This document shows, piece after piece, positions 38,101 to 51,617 of a DNA stretch of 64,000 nucleotides (positions within the stretch are counted from its first letter, which is position 1; every line of letters starts with the position of its first letter). Source of the DNA: Octopus sinensis (taxonomy: Eukaryota); assembly GCF_006345805.1 (NCBI RefSeq), contig NC_043011.1:42358464-42422463 (forward strand), read 5' to 3'. Both the position numbers and the translations under genes were made by a program. Below the pieces are notes generated by a model. It saw only the letters and a program-made list of their open reading frames with translations, was not told where the DNA came from and ran no database searches.

Positions 38101-39561
38101 AAGCCCAGTACTTATTCTATCGGTCTCTTTTGCCGAACAGCTAAGTGATGGGGACATAAACACACCAGCATCGGTTGTCAAGCAATGCTAGGGGGACAAA
38201 CACAGACACACAAACATACACGCACACACACACACACATATATATATATATTATATATATATATATATTTACATATATATGACGGGCTTCTTTCTATGCT
38301 GGCATGGGTTGGACGGTTTGACTGATGGCTGGCAAGCCAGAAGGCTGCACCAAGCTCCAATCCAATCTGGCAAAGTTTCTACAACTGGATGTCCTTCCTA
38401 ACACCAACCACTCCGAGAGTGTAGTGGGTGCTTTTTACATGCACTGGCAATGGCCATGCTCAAATTGCGCTTTTTAAGTGCCACTGGCACGGGACCATAT
38501 TGTACTAATATATAGAACCAGATGTATCTCCTTAAAACAACTTCTTGTTCACTAGTGTTGCAACATTAAAGATTTCACAAAATTACATTATTATGAACAG
38601 AATAAAACAGAACTACACTAATCATTAAATACAGATATTCTTAGTGATGGTCACATAGGGTGAGAACCACAGGAACACATAGAAATGTAGCATTGACAGA
38701 GCCCTTGAGGCTCACATCTTCAATCTTTGTTATCTAAATGATCAAATTTTGATAAATAGCTTTCATCATCATCATCATCGATTAACATCCGTTTTTCATG
38801 CTGGCATAGGTTGGACGGTTTGACCGAGGTCTGGAGAGCCTCCAATGTGGTATGGCAGAATTTCTACAGCTTGATGCTCTTCCTAACACCAACCACTCTG
38901 AGAGTGCAGTGGGTGCTTTTTACATGCCACTGGCACTGGAGCCAGTATGGTGGGTCTGGCAAAGAACATGTTTGGATGGTGCTTTTTATATGCCACTAGC
39001 ACAGGAGCTAGTCAGGAGAGTCTGGCATCGACCATGTTAGGATGGTACCTTTTACGTGCAATCGGCATGGAAGCCAGCCAGGAAACACTGGCCCTAGCTA
39101 TGATATTGGTTTCACTTGACTCAACAGGTCTTCTAAAGCATATATCACCCGATGCATCAGGAGTATTCTTAACATGGCTGGATGTGCATGGCTGTGATCC
39201 CACTTTAGTTGCCAGCTCTTCTCAGTCACAGTGTATCTCCAAAGACGGTCTCCTGTCATTGCCTCTGTGAGGCCCAGTGTTCAAAGGTCACATTTTACGC
39301 TATGAGATTTTATAATTCTTTTAAGAAACTTTGAGAGATATGAAATAAATTGTTTTCGACGATGGAACTTGAAGCAGATAAAAGTATAAATATAGCATGT
39401 AAAATATTGAGTTAAAAAAATCCCTTGGGCAGAATTCAATAATAACTTTAGCCACTTCGAGTTTCCACCATTGGAACATATATCTATATGTTTTTAAAAT
39501 TTTCAAATCTTTCAGGTCTCTTAAAATTAAAAAATTTTAACAACTCTTTAAATATCTTTAA

Positions 39562-39645
39562 CTCTGATGAGGGAAGTATAGATGTCTGCTATGGTTGGGG
39601 TTAGCTCGCCCATACCAACCTATATCTTCCTGAAACAGCCGTCAG
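39562..39645 (+). ncRNA. Hammerhead-like motif with extended stem II
   Basis: CTGATGA (39564-70), GGGAAG/CTTCCT stem, GAAA (39632-35), C-AGCC-GTC. Stem I is only 2 bp. Confidence 0.5.
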
Positions 39646-39911
39646 ACTTTGCACTTATTCAGGATTCCTCTTAAAATCATTTTATACTAACTTTCTCATC
39701 TCCCTTCCTCATTGATTTTGATACAGACATTCAACCTCACAAGTACATTTATATATTTATAAATTCTCATGAACTTTTGCTATATCTTGTGTATATGAAT
39801 GCACCTATGTATATTGTGGACAATTCTGACAATTTAAAATGGACTGAGTGAATATGAACACTGATCTTTGAAATTTGTTCTCTCTTTCTTAATTTCATAT
39901 ATATATATATA

Positions 39912-40206
39912 TATCACGTGATCACGTGACCGACCAGACCATCAAATGTTGTTACACATCGCTGGTCACAATGCATTCGCATTGTTTTAGCCTTCAAATG
40001 ACGCCACCCCGCTGGCTAAGCGAGCAGGCCAACAGAAGAAAGAGTGAGAGAAAGTGTGGTGAAAGAGTACAGCAGGGATCACCACCCCCTGCCGGAGCCT
40101 CGTGGAGCTTTTTAGGTGTTTTCGCTCAATAAACACTCACAACGCCCGGTCTAGGAATCGAAACCGCGAGTCTGCTGCCCTAACCACTGGGCCATTGCGC
40201 CTCCAC
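39912..40206 (-). mobile_element. tRNA-headed SINE family C (label mine)
   Basis: Minus strand gtggaggcgcaatggcccagtggttagggc...ggtttcgattcc (A/B boxes), unique body, CACGTGAT repeat tail. Confidence 0.8.
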
Positions 40207-40232
40207 ATATATATATATATATATATATATAT

Positions 40233-40536
40233 ACTAGCAGTATCGCCCGGCGTTGCTCAGGTTTGTAAGGGAAATAACTATATAAGCATATTTAGAGAGT
40301 TACTTCCCTTGTATATTAGCAAAAAAATGTATTAAAAATGGGAAAAAATGATGGTAATTTTTTTTTTAATCGTAGACTCATCGTAGACGTGCGCTAATAC
40401 ACAGAAGGGCTCGATATGAATCACGACTATAAGATACCCGCTTTTGGTTAAACTGCACCGCAAAATGTGGGAGTAGTTGGGAATCTAAATCGGAGGAGAC
40501 AGACACTCACACAACTTCACTTTTATATATAAAGAT
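40233..40536 (+). mobile_element. Non-autonomous Helitron/Helentron-like (HINE-type) element
   Basis: Starts ACTAGC..CCCGGCGTTGC; ends CAGACA..CACTTTTATATATAAAGAT; inserted in (TA)n. Confidence 0.6.
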
Positions 40537-41780
40537 ATGCATATATACATACATATATGTACATACCTACATATATTTGTATATATATATATGCATATAT
40601 GGGTATAGGACATAAAAAAAAACGTCAACAAAATGAGAAACGAGAACATAAAAACAAGAACAGGGGACAACTGATGAAGGGAATGTTCTTTATGTTACCT
40701 GTCTCCTTTCTCTGTTTTTTCGTTGTTAGAAAAAAATGTTCGCTTTCTATGCTTTTGTTTTTTATGTTCTCGGTTCTCATTTTGTTCATGTTTTTGATGT
40801 CTTGTACCCATATATGCATGTATATATATATACATATATATGTAGGTATGTACCTATGTATGTATATATACATATATCTATACATTATTTATATTATTAT
40901 ATGATTGAACGCCATGCATACATTTTCAAGTATATATATGTGTGTGTATATCATCATCATCATCGTTTAATGTCTGCTTTCCATGCTAGCATGGGTTGGA
41001 CGATTTGACTGAGGGCTAGCGAACCAGATGGCTGCAATCTTGATCTGCCAGAGTTTCTACAGCTGGATGCCCTTCCTAACGCCAACCACTCTGAGAGTGT
41101 AGTGGGTGCTTTTACGTGCCAGTCAAGCGGTACTGGCAATGACCTCGCTCGAATCTTTTACACATGCCACCAGCACAGGTGCCAGTAAGGCAACGCTGGT
41201 AACGATCATGCTCGAAAGGCGCCTTTTACGTGCCACCGGCACGGAAGCCAGTTAGCCACTCTGGCAATGATCACGCTTGGATGGTGCTCTTAGCACTCCA
41301 CTAGCATGGGCACGAGTGCCAGTAAGGTGATGCTGGTAACCATCACACTCGAATGGTGCCTTTTATGTGCCATAATAATAATAATAATAAACAGTGTATA
41401 CAGTGCTCAGTTGCACTACAAAGCATTAGAAAAGGTAGCCAAAAGTGCATGAAGAGGAAATAGAATAAGGCACAAGAAGTGAACAGTGAAGGAGACACTT
41501 TCAAAACAAAACAGAGGAGTACATCAGGTGTACTGTTAGCACATTTCAGGAAGAATGGAAGTTTTGATGGATGTAGTGTCCTGACAGCTAACAAGTGATG
41601 CAGGTAGTTTATGAAAAACGTGTTTCTGAAAGTCATGGGTGCTGTGTTGTGTTCTGATTTTATAAGCATGTCCATGAGAGGTAGATACATGTAATTGAAT
41701 AAAGTGCCCAAGGTTGTTACTGGAAAGATTAGTGGATGACCTTGTGGGTGTTTATCAAGTCTGTTGCTAGATGTTAGAGC

Positions 41781-41811
<31 letters not shown>

Positions 41812-41990
41812 CAACTTATAAACAAGAGCAAGAGAAAGAAATTTCTAATGCCAAATATGCCGAAACTAGACACAATGTCCATGACCATATAATTCATCAC
41901 TATAAGCACGCGTCTCGAAGAAAGCTGACAGAAATTTCTAAAAAATTCCATGGGTATAAGTAAGTATTTCATTTATTTCTTTGCCGCATT

Positions 41991-42044
41991 TATCACTGAC
42001 GAAGAGAAGGTTCTTATGAATTAACTCTGAAATTGGGTCTGATA
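41991..42044 (+). ncRNA. Type I minimal hammerhead ribozyme-like motif
   Basis: TATCA-CTGACGA-AGAG-loop-CTCT-GAAA-TTGG-GTC-TGATA: stem I 5 bp, stem II 4 bp, GUC triplet. Confidence 0.65.
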
Positions 42045-42179
42045 TGATATTTGGCATTAGAAATTTTTTTCTCTTGCTCTTGTGTATAAGTTGTTTATAA
42101 ATTTAACCTTTAAAGGTATTTTTTAATATGCTGGCCATTGATAAAATTTATTTTTTCGAAAAATTTTATCCTATATTAG

Positions 42180-42220
<41 letters not shown>

Positions 42221-42768
42221 CATAAACAAGAGAATATTTCTTTGTATTTAATTCTGTTCAATACAAAATATTAACTAAGCTGATACAAGATGCTGGAAAA
42301 TGCGGTTTCATTTATTCATACATTGTTCAACGAATAAGACACAGTAAATTACCAGGAATGTATTGCCTCTTGTGACCTTTCGTTTGCTCGACCCATTAAC
42401 ATCTAAAATGGCCAAAAATTTCATGTTCAAACAAGCCACATCTGACCAAATATGCCAGTTTTATGTTGAAACCGGCCACATGTGGCCTCCCATACCTACT
42501 TTACAATGTCATTCTAACAATAAACAACCACTTCATTGAAATCTTGAAGCTATGAGATAATGCAGGATTAATTCAAAACAATGTGGATAAACAAGGATTA
42601 CATTTGACAAAGTTTGAATGTTAAAGAATTAAATCGTTGTGGGTCTACTTAACACAATGTAAGGGAGATAACTGGTGAACAATTTACATACAAAACCATT
42701 AACTCGACATCCTGGGATGGCCACCACTTAACATAGGAAGCACAACTGCCGTGCGCTATTTATAGTCT

Positions 42769-43847
42769 ACTAGCACTATGACCCGGCAACACCGGGTCAT
42801 AGTGCTAGTGCATGCATATACAGCTGCGTGCGTGCGCACATACACACGAGTACTGTCCAAATCTCCGACCAATCACAAACAACTAGTTGGCATTCAATTA
42901 GTGTATCAAGTTTCGGGTATTTTGATTGGGTTTTGGATAGAAAATTCACAAAAAAGTCACTTCTATTGATATTTTAATGGCTTTGCCAGGTGACTGGGGA
43001 AATGTAAACATGTGCACGACCACCCTTGGATGGTTTTGAATGACCATAGAAAGTGCGAGCCCTCTAACTGAAAAATTGTGGATTTGTATAAAGGATACAC
43101 ACACGCACACACAGACAGACATTTTGCCGTTTATATATATACTAGCATTAGAGACCCGTCGTTGCCGAGTCATAGTGCTAGTGCATGTATATATGTGTAT
43201 ATATATATGTGTACATATTACATGTACATCTATATATATACATCTACACATAAAATGCAAAGTTATATCTTGATATCGCTAGTGATAACAATACTCAAAA
43301 TATATAACAGACTGGAATTGTTAGCTCTTCTTTTTTCTCTACATTGTATACTTTATAGACATTAGTCTTTTCTTTAATTTAATTTTTTATTATCCATCTG
43401 GACTATTCATTTCTGCATGCTAATTTTATTTTTAATTTATTCCCATTCATGTGAAACCACTTATGCAATTTTATACCAATTGTTATTTTTACTTTTGTTA
43501 TGTTACGATTATATTATACTTTAGTTTGATTTTAATTATTACTTATTACATATAATTGAATTGTTATTATTATTTTTATTGTTAAAGTGAAAGCATCTGA
43601 CATAAAATAGAGAAATATTTTTGTTTCGCTTTTAACACCTAATACTGAAATAGTGGAGAAGATATGATATTGCTATGGGCTCGCTCTAGGCAAGAAGTTG
43701 AACATTTTTTTTGCCCATGAAACTACATGGACCCTAAGTAAGGCATGTGTAAAATTTGAATGAAATTGGTTGTGTAGTTCTCAAGTTTTAGGGTAACACA
43801 CAGATAGACAGACAGACACACAATCTCAGTTTTATATATATAAAGAT
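42769..43847 (+). mobile_element. Two head-to-tail Helitron/HINE-like elements
   Basis: Perfect 18-bp hairpin start (42769-42809); second start at 43141; both units end with CAGACAGACA..TATATAT. Confidence 0.6.
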
Positions 43848-45166
43848 AGAGATGTCACTAACTAACAAAATGGCTATAATTTGAACCAACAAACATGGAG
43901 ACAAGGCAACGATGGAGAGCCTCTACATGGTTGTTCAATCTGGTAGAAATAGCAGTAAGTTTTTTAAACCACAACCTACTCTCTTAAAAAACATAGGACA
44001 AATGAAATACTGCAATTTCAGAGACTTCTCTTGTCTGTGCGTTGCGTGCTAAACTGCACAAAGGGCCACTTTAGCTACTCACCCGTTCTTTATTGATTCA
44101 GATGAAGTCACCAACAGTCCTCGGGTGCACAAACTTAACTGTTAACACCTCACTCTACCTTTACAGTAATTGGAAGAGGTAAAAGACAAAATCATCATCA
44201 TCATCGTTTAACATCCATTTTCCATGCTAGCATGGGTTGGACGGTTCAACTGGGGTCTGTGAAGCCAGGGGGCTGCACCAGGCTCCAGTCTGATCTGGCA
44301 GTGTTTCTACAGCTGGATGTCCTTCCTAACGCCAACCACTCCGTGAGTGTAGTGGGTGCTTTTTACATGCCACCTGCACAGGTGCCAGACGAGGCTGGCA
44401 AACAGCCACGATCGGATGGTGCTTTTTACATGCCACCGGCATGGGGGCCACACGAGGCTTAAAAATCACGATCACAATCTCATTGACAAGATCGTCATCG
44501 ACATCGACATTTCACGTACTAAAATGTTAATGAAGATGATCATGAAAATATTTCATAGGCATAGCAGTGGCTGTGTGGTAAGTAGCTTGCTTACGAACCG
44601 CATGGTTCCGGGTTCAATCCCACAGCGTGGCACCTTGGGCAAGTGTCTTCTACTATAGCCTTGTGAGTGGATTTGGCAGGCGGAAACTGAAAGAAGCCTG
44701 TCGAATATATGTATACATATATGTGTGTGTATACATGCGTGTGTATATGTTTGTGTGTCAGTGTTTACCCCACCACTACCACCACCACCAACATCGCTTG
44801 ACAATCGATGCTGGTGTGTTTATGTCCCTGTAACTTAGCAGTTTGGCAAAAGTGACCGATAGAATAAGTACTAGGCTTACAAAGAATAAGATTTGCTCGA
44901 GTATAAAAAGAGTATAAAAATGCAAAAAAAAAAAATTAACAAAAATCACATTTATGTAAAAAAAATAACAGTAATATGACACACGTACACACAAAAACAA
45001 AAACATCAGAAAAAGAAAAGAATAACAGAAAACCATTTCTTGTAGAATCAGATGGAAAATGATGTCTTTTTTTTTTTTCACTTTTATTACAGAAATCATT
45101 AAATTCACCACAGAGATGATATTGTCATTGTTATTATATCATAGTCTTTAGATCGCTATAAACGAA

Positions 45167-45201
<35 letters not shown>

Positions 45202-46272
45202 TGTCAGTTCAGCAGGTAGTAATAGTAGTAGTAGTAGTAATAATAATAGTAGTAGTAGTTCATTTAAATTAAAACTATATACAACCACACAAATATATAT
45301 ATTTACAAATTTTTTGTCTTTGTTTTTGATTTTGATTTTAGAGCGGTGCATGCCCTGGAGCCCACCCCTCCACCACCGATCTTATCCTCCTCCTCCTCCT
45401 TCGCTTTCACTTTCAGCAGCATGAAGGCCACAACTCTCCCCCCATCCCCGCCGCAGACTCCAACACCATTTCACACACACACACACACACAACAAAAAAG
45501 TACTATAAAATAATAAATAAAAATAAATTACAGCAGATAATTAACATTGTTGTTGTTGTGTGTTCTGCTTCTGTCAACATGATGTCCTTCTGGGTCAGGG
45601 GTGACCGGAGTAGGGAAGAGTGGCGGTGAGTTAACTGACCTATGACCCCTTTAACGATTGGTCGATTAGTGTTCCCAGAACATTGGCAGTGGGGAAGAGA
45701 TTGGACAGGGAATTGCAGGGATATTATTTTTGACAGTAGTAATAACAATAATAATCCTTTCTATTATAGGAACAAGGCCTAAAATTTTTTTGTTGGGGAA
45801 CCAAGTCAATGACTGGTACTTATTTCATTGTCCCCCCCCTTCAAAAGGATGAAAGGCAAAACTGACATCGGCAGAATTTGAACTCAGAAAATAAACTACA
45901 AGAAATGCAACTAAGCATAGCATTATGTTTGGTGTGGAAATGATGTTTAGACACAAAATTCAGGTTGATGCACAGACACACACATCTCTTGCTGCCATCA
46001 TATGCATTTACTGGTATCATCAGTGTGTGTGTGTGTGTGTGTATATATATACATACAGACACACTAGTATCGAACAGTGAGAATGAGTGTTCAACACCTA
46101 ATTGGTGAATAAATGTTCTTTATTTGTGAGTTAACAAAGCTACCAATGGTTTCATGCAGAGAAATCTCTTCACAACTATCAAGCCTGCCACATGGGAATG
46201 TTGGTACTTACCTTGGGTGAGAATACATGAAGCTATACAAGACTGTATGATATTTGGGGGGTGGGATGGAGG

Positions 46273-46310
<38 letters not shown>

Positions 46311-47166
46311 AATCCAGTTGTACATAGTTGGTAGGTGGCAGAATCAGTAAAGCATTGAACAATTTAAGATGTGGTATTTGTGTAATGATCCGTTTATTTT
46401 CCCAATTTAAATCCTGCTGGAGGCCACCATGCCTTTCATATTTTCCAAAGTTAATGAAATAAGAGGGGGGGCAATGTAATTGGCTGTACTATAAATAGAA
46501 ATTGGAACTCCAGTATGGCCACAATGCAATTTGTGAAACTAGTAATACATCTCTCTAGGCAGATATAGAACTGCAACTCAACCCACACCTCTGAATAAAC
46601 AAAAGATGACTTATGGGTGGCGCTGTAGACACAGATTTGACTGTGACTCTCCCATCAACCTTAATTTTTATTCTATCTACTTCATTTTCCCAATGTGTGT
46701 ATTCTCTGGTAGACTTTGGAATCTAGGAACCAATTATTGGAGAACATCGAAAAATCTTTGATCAAAAAGTGAAACATCAAACTGTGGAATACTAGAATAT
46801 GTATGGCTTTAGAACAGGAATTGTATCCCACTCTGGTGTGAAGTTTCTATTATAAGACTAAGTAGCAGAGTAAAGACTCTGAGAGACTGTCTACAGAGAG
46901 ATGATTATAGAGAAGAGTCAGTCCATTGTGTAATTTTTGGCACAATGTGGCTGGCATTATTGAACTAAGATGAGATATTGATTAAAAGATGGTGGTAGAA
47001 TTATGTTTATAGGTAAGTGACTAGTTGTTGCCTGAGCTGTTGGATGTAGAGATCCATTTTCTAATGCAACTTTATTTCTAATGTTGAAACCCAACATTAA
47101 AACTACAGTTCTGAGTTCAAGCTCAACCTAAGGAAATGTGTGGGTGTACATATACATTAGATAGAT

Positions 47167-47218
<52 letters not shown>

Positions 47219-50200
47219 TACATATATATATATACATACATATATACACATATACATACATATACATATATACATAAACACACACACACATAATACCCTT
47301 GAATCACTAACTTCTGCTGAAAAATAAAAAAAAAATATATATTCACTCATGTTTTGAGTTCTACTTTCCTGTTTGTATCACCAAACACACACGTATGTGT
47401 GTGCATGTGTGCGCAGGAATGGGACACTGGAAGACAATTGAAACACAGTGTAGTGCCTTACTTCTAAATCTGAAACTTTCTACCTACGTAAGAAGATCCC
47501 CTTACAAGAACTCACCCTAAAAATATAACAAGGAAACCGTATCATATGATATGATTTTTATAGCATAAAACTGCAGGTTGTTGACTGATGATTTCTTGCA
47601 TGGAACGGTTCCAGCTGTGGTAGGTGTGTTGCGAACAAGTCTGCAAATAGTCTCACAAACTGGGCTTTGAGTTTGGTCTTACATATCCTTAACTGGACCC
47701 TATAGGTGAATTAATTTGTTACTGGTCATTGTAATAACCCTAATCTCTCAATTACTGGGTCATAAGGTGTGTTTTATATCCCTAATTGGATCTTACAGCA
47801 TGTTTAATCTATTTATAATTGTTCCTCTAAACCTCATGCTAACTCACACAAATAAGTGGATGAGTTCTTTATGAGAGAGAGGCTGACGTCATTGGTAAGG
47901 TCAAATGATGTCATGTGATCAGTAGATTTAAAAGAAAAAAAAAAGAGTAACTGCCTACCCACCCATATCCCCATTCACCTCTAAAGAAATGGAAATATCA
48001 CTGACAAGAAGCAAGAATGTAGTGAATGAGAAACAAAAATTGCTTTCAAAATAGCAAAACATTACAAAGAAGAGGAGGAATTGAAGACAATCATGCCATG
48101 CCACAACACAAACTCACCCAGCAGCAGTGCTGTACCCCATCACCCACTCTATCTGCTTTTGTTTTTAGTATTTGACTTCCACCCTCACAGAATCCTACAT
48201 TCACCTTTCACAGAACAGCCTTGAATCCAAAATCCAAAGAACTGTTTCATCTATTTTATTTTTCTTTGATTTGATTTTTTTTTCTCTTCCTTTTTGTTGT
48301 TGTCTTTCTAGTCAGATTTATTTAAGGAAAGAGATGAAAAAATAGCACCAGACCTGGTTCTGAGTTCAGCGTTTTGTTAAGGTCAGCTATAAAAATATGT
48401 CTATATAAAAATATGTACCAGTAATTTTTACAGGGAGAAAGGTGATAGCAAGATGCAGCTTAGTAAATATTTTTGAGATGTTGCAATATTAAAAATAAAA
48501 TTAAAAAAAGGAAGAGGTGGAACCTTGTGATATTGTGTGGGTGGATGGGCAGACAGAGGTGGATGGTGACCAGCAGTGAGTTGCACTTTTGATGAACAGG
48601 AGGTTGACATATTGAATGTGTGAGGGGGGTGTTCTGATTTTGGTGATGCAGTGATGTTTCTCCTTCGTATTACTGATAAATAAATATACAAAGTGAAGGA
48701 GAATAGAGAAGAAGGTGAGTGAAGAAGAATACAAGAGGAGCTGGAAAGAAAGAAATGAAAGATTTGAGTCCAGATATTGACTTTTGTATTTGTAAAACAA
48801 CAAGGAACAGGGGAGAGACAGAGAGAGAGAGGGGGAGGAGGAGTAAGATTTATAATTGAAAAGCAGTGAGGGTTGTTGTTTAACCCCAGGTCAACTCTGA
48901 TCAAAAAGACCCATATTATGATCAAAGACATTCCAACCATGACCCTCTTGCTAATTTTGGGGGAGAATGTAAAGGCTACATTGTTCAATGTGACCTTGAA
49001 CTTCTCAAAAATGACAGTGTAATTTGAGAGATTTGGTTGTTATTTTTAGCTGGCCAAGTGACCACTTAGAACCCCCTCCCCAACTCCCTTTCCCCACTTA
49101 CTTGTTGGCTGGTGTAAATGGTGGTGGTGGTGGTGGTGGTGGGGGAATATTTTTCAAGATGAAGTGTTTCAGGTGGGATTCATTAAGCTGCTCCTCCCTG
49201 TTACCTCTCATCCACCCTTTTCTCTCATCTCTGATTTAGCAGCAGATTCAAGATGGTGAGACAACAATCAAATATAATAAATACATATATATATATATAT
49301 ATATAAAAAAAAAAAAGAAACCCACCAAAGGAGGTTTGGTGAGGATACAATCATCCCCATCTCCTGCATGTACATAAACAACAACAACAAACAACATAAA
49401 GGGTGGGGGTGGCATAGTGGTGGGGGTGGTGGTGCGTCCCTATCAGCCACCACCCTTATTAGTAATACTGCTGCCACCTGGTGTCAGGAAGGTGAGTTAC
49501 AAGAGGAAACATTAATTACTGTGGAGGCGGTGGCGTTGGTGGTGGTGGAGGTGACAATGATGATGATACTGGTGATGGTTGGCAGGGACAGTGGTGTTGG
49601 TAATGGTGCTGATGTTGGTGATGGTGGTGGTGTGGAGGGTTTGGTGTAAGGACGGTATTGACAGTGGTGGTGGTGGTGGTGGTGAGAGGGTGGTGCCCAG
49701 GATTTTGGTACAGGTGTTGGGTGACATGGAAGGTGAGGGTGGGTTACTGGTTCAGTTCGGTTCCGTTCAGTGAATTTGATTACAAATATTGACAATGGGG
49801 ACACTGGTGGGGTGGTGGTAGTGGTTGGTGGTGGTGGTGGTGGTTGATGTTGTGTGGCAACCCATCTCTCCTCTCACCACCTTGGTCAGCCCAGCTGGAG
49901 CAGAATGAAATGGGCGTGGCTGAAAGCAGTACCTGTGTGTCTTTTGATGTTGCAAATGGATGACGACCGCACGGCTGCTGGTGATGTAAACAGTTGTATG
50001 GAGCAGAGAAGAGATGAAATATTGCAGTGTGACAGCCTTGAGATAATGGAGTGGCATTTTAGTGTAGTGTAGTGTAGCAGAGTGTAAGTGGAGTGTACAA
50101 CATTGTAAGACTAGAACATGGAGAGGTAATGCAGCACAGGTTGTAGTGTATATAGTATCAATGTAGTATGGTACACTGTACAAGTGTGGTGTTGTGTAGT

Positions 50201-50483
50201 GTTGAAGTATAGTTTGGTATACTGTGGAAGTGATTTTGGTGTGTATTGAAGTGTAGGCTGTCTGGGTCTTGGATTAGTTTCCAATGTTGCCATGCTTCAA
50301 ATGGAGGTCAATTTAGATTTCAAAGTTGCAACATATATTTCACATTCAAACAGTTCCATGATTTAACTGTTTAAAACTGTCCCATTCTTATAATTTACTC
50401 CTTTCATCTGTCACAATGCTGCTGTAGCTGCTGTTGCTGTTGCTGCTGCTGCTGTGGTTACAGCAGCAGAAACTTATCCTCTT

Positions 50484-50638
50484 TCACAAACTCAGTTTCT
50501 TCAGTTTGCCACGAGACTTGCGCTTCTTACTCAACGCCTCCTGGCAGGACTTAGTTCGCACCACAAAGTTCAGGTCTGAGTTGGGGTTGTTGTTGTTCAT
50601 AGCGTAGAACACATTGGCTTTCGATGGTATCAACAGTT
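50484..50638 (-). CDS. RALGDS: RalGDS/RGL last coding exon (ELLIPSKANVFYAMNNNNPNSDLNFVVR...KLKKLSL*)
   Basis: ctctatag|AA acceptor (phase 1). L.IP..ANVFYAM is diagnostic of the RalGDS/RGL RA C-terminus. Polybasic tail, then TGA. Confidence 0.9.
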
Positions 50639-51508
50639 CTATAGAGACAAGGACAGAGGGAGAGAGAGAGAGAGTAAATATGAGTGACTGAGCAAGTGGG
50701 TAAAGCATAAGATACAGAGACAAAAAGACATTTGGTTCTTAATTATAACAAAATCCATTAGACTGGATGTACAACTGATATTTATCTTACTGAGGCACAG
50801 GCGTGACTGTGTGATGAGAAGTTTACTTCCCAATCACACGGTTTTGGGTTCAATTCCACTGCATGGCACCTTATGCAAGTGTCTTCTTCTACAGCCCTGG
50901 GCCAACCAAAGCCTTGTGAGTTATTTGATAGACAGAAACTGAAAGAAGCCTGTTGTATGCATATATATGTTGTGTGTGTGTGTGTTTGTATCTCCTTGTT
51001 TTCACATCACATGATAGTTGTAAATGAGTGTCACTGTTATAGAAGCAGTGTCATTTCTTTTTAATCTTCTGTAAAAAACATGTCTGGCCTTGGGAAATGT
51101 TACCTTGCTCGGAGGGTTGGCAAGAGGAAGGACATCTGGCCATAGAAAATCTGTCTCAAGTAAACTCTGTCTGACCCATGCCAGCACAGACAGGCTGACA
51201 CTCAAATGATGATGATGACATCAGAGTGATTAACTGCAGAGATGACTCAAGCAGAGCTTGAACTTCAAACCAAGACGGACAAATCATATTTATTGGTCAA
51301 TGATTAGGAATTCGTCTGAACAATAAAATAATAAGCTAAATGTCTTGGGACTTTAGGTTCATTCTTCTGCAGCCCAACTCAAAATTATGCAGAAGACAAC
51401 TATGCCTTTTAACCTTGCAGCGTTCATGAGCGCTCACATAAGAGAGGCTATTTCATTAACTCAGGTAGATTACTAATTAAGCAGGTGTAATTCCATTAAA
51501 TGTCTTAC

Positions 51509-51617
51509 CTTTGTCGGGAAGTATTTGAGACAGGGTGAAATCTTCTTGGCATCGTTCTATTGAGTATTTTTCCAAAGATTTTTTGATGACAGTATGGGTA
51601 TGATCTGTGTTTGAGAG
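51509..51617 (-). CDS. RALGDS: RalGDS/RGL exon, RA domain middle (LSNTDHTHTVIKKSLEKYSIERCQEDFTLSQILPDK)
   Basis: ctttcag acceptor, AAA G|GTAAGA donor (phase 1, matches the next exon). Aligns by eye to the RA helix of RalGDS. Confidence 0.88.

Noticed and set aside
41343-41972. 209-aa minus-strand ORF
   Set aside because: Crosses an AT microsatellite and repeat pieces; no coherent protein.
48428-50293. Several 60-186 aa ORFs (poly-H/P/T/G)
   Set aside because: Low-complexity triplet repeats downstream of the RalGDS stop; no splice or homology support.
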